From assembly GCA_035698205.1 (NCBI GenBank), contig DASSBZ010000017.1, positions 1-28,506 of the forward strand: a DNA stretch of 28,506 bases, given 5' to 3'. Of the stretch, positions 27,479 through 28,506 are shown piece by piece. The stretch is from Gemmatimonadaceae bacterium. GTDB taxonomy: Bacteria > Gemmatimonadota > Gemmatimonadetes > Gemmatimonadales > Gemmatimonadaceae. Position numbers and translations under genes: made by a program. The notes below the pieces were generated by a model, which saw only the letters and a program-made list of their open reading frames with translations, was not told the origin of the DNA and did no database searches. Numbering within the stretch: the stretch's first letter is position 1; every line of letters starts with the position of its first letter.

Positions 27479-28225
27479 TCACGGCAGTTCGCGAATGCGG
27501 ATGTTGCGAAACTCCACGCGATCGCCGTGATCCTGCAGGGCGATGCCGCCGCTCGCGGCACGCCCGTAGGAGGGCCACTGCGCGAACTTGCTGGCGGCAA
27601 CCTTCGCCTCCCAGTCGGGGGACCAGAGTTCGTAGCTCACCACGCGTTCGCCGTTCAGCCAGTGCTCCACGTGCGCGCCATTGACCAGGAGGCGCACGGA
27701 GTTCCATTCGCCCGCCGGCTTCACGACCCCGCGCGGCGCCGGATAGAGTCCATACGCCGACCCGGCCGAGGTAAGCGGCGACTTCCCGTCGGCATGGGCG
27801 GCGTCGTCGAGCACCTGCATCTCCGGCCCGGTTTCATAGGTCAGCTCACCGTCCTCGGTGACGTGGAACATCACGCCGCTGTTCCCCGCCGAGTCCACCT
27901 TCCAGTCGAGCGCGAGCTCGAAGTTGGTGAAGGATTCGCGGCTCACGAGGTCACCGCCCCCCGTCGTCCGCGTCAGCACGCCGTCGATGCCCTCCCAGCC
28001 GGATGGTGCGGTATCCGTCTTGAATCCCTTCCACGCATCCAGCGAATGGCCATCAAAAAGCAACCGCCAGCCGTCGGCGCGCTCCTGCTCGGTGAGTGAG
28101 TTCATGGCGGTCTGGGCGGTCGCGGTCGCGGTCGCGGCGGTGTCGACGACATCGCCGTCGGCCGGCGCACATCCGGCCGCGGCCACTGCGGCAAACACAA
28201 TGGACAGGAGGGGGCTGAATCGCAT
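27479..28225 (-). CDS. DUF1080-domain lipoprotein (3-keto-disaccharide hydrolase-like, concanavalin-type fold)
   Basis: Lipoprotein signal [22 protein letters not shown]1080 signature ([44 protein letters not shown]). ATG at 28225; alternative start ATG at 28297. Confidence 0.8.
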   Translation of the reverse strand: MRFSPLLSIVFAAVAAAGCAPADGDVVDTAATATATAQTAMNSLTEQERADGWRLLFDGHSLDAWKGFKTDTAPSGWEGIDGVLTRTTGGGDLVSRESFTNFELALDWKVDSAGNSGVMFHVTEDGELTYETGPEMQVLDDAAHADGKSPLTSAGSAYGLYPAPRGVVKPAGEWNSVRLLVNGAHVEHWLNGERVVSYELWSPDWEAKVAASKFAQWPSYGRAASGGIALQDHGDRVEFRNIRIRELP

Positions 28226-28409
28226 TCGAGTCGGAGTCGGGAAGTTGGAAGAAATCGACCCGGGAGTGTGCGCCATGCGCACGAACATCGCAACCATCCC
28301 CGCGGCCCGGTTATGAAATCCTCACGAATTGCACCTTGCGCCCGAAGCCCGAAGTGGCATCTTCTGCGTCGTCAGGCAGCGAACTCGACCCTCAGCCCGG
28401 AGCCGCACC

Positions 28410-28506
28410 ATGGACATGACCGCTCTGCTCATTCAGTTGATCGCGGGTGCCGTAGGTGGGAACATTGGTGGGTTGCTGAACAAGGCCAAGAACCTGGGAC
28501 CCATGC
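28410..28506 (+). CDS. GlsB/YeaQ/YmgE-family small membrane protein (5' fragment; runs off the window)
   Basis: ATG at 28410 with GGAG 7 nt upstream. MDMTALLIQLIAGAVGGNIGGLLNKAKNLGPM resembles Transgly_assoc-family proteins. Only 32 codons are visible. Confidence 0.4.
   Translation, partial: MDMTALLIQLIAGAVGGNIGGLLNKAKNLGPM

Overview
This is a ~70% GC bacterial chromosomal segment. Gene content (DUF4159, Tat-exported Gfo/Idh/MocA, DUF1080) is reminiscent of Gemmatimonadota/Acidobacteria/Planctomycetes-type genomes, but I cannot verify the taxon. I support 26 protein-coding genes, two of them partial at the window edges, and found no rRNA, tRNA or CRISPR array.

Three blocks stand out:

- **Block 1 (1-9279, minus strand):** a seven-gene, translationally coupled MoxR-AAA+/VWA 'Bat-like' cluster. 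It contains two protease-like proteins. One is a peptidase-C13 (legumain)-fold protein that has no cysteine at all. The other is a TPR lipoprotein with an HEXXH (HELAH) metallopeptidase core. It also contains a BatA-like partial gene at the window start that the ORF track missed.
- **Block 2 (11921-19724, plus strand):** a periplasm-targeted sugar/glycoside oxidation locus. Two paralogous GMC flavoprotein pairs, each with a Tat 'hitch-hiker' small subunit, flank two Tat-exported xylose-isomerase-like TIM barrels, followed by a Gfo/Idh/MocA oxidoreductase.
- **Block 3 (23323-28297):** a second module with the same functional theme: a PQQ-type sugar dehydrogenase, a Tat-signal Gfo/Idh/MocA oxidoreductase, an NHS-family MFS transporter and a DUF1080 lipoprotein.

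Between the convergent genes of the third block lies a 244-bp element bounded by 35-nt near-perfect inverted repeats and packed with CAGCATGC motifs; it is MITE-like or a structured RNA. A lower-GC islet nearby carries a small secreted-looking ORF.

Many long antisense ORFs in the track are high-GC artefacts. I rejected them because the opposite strand carries recognisable domain signatures.
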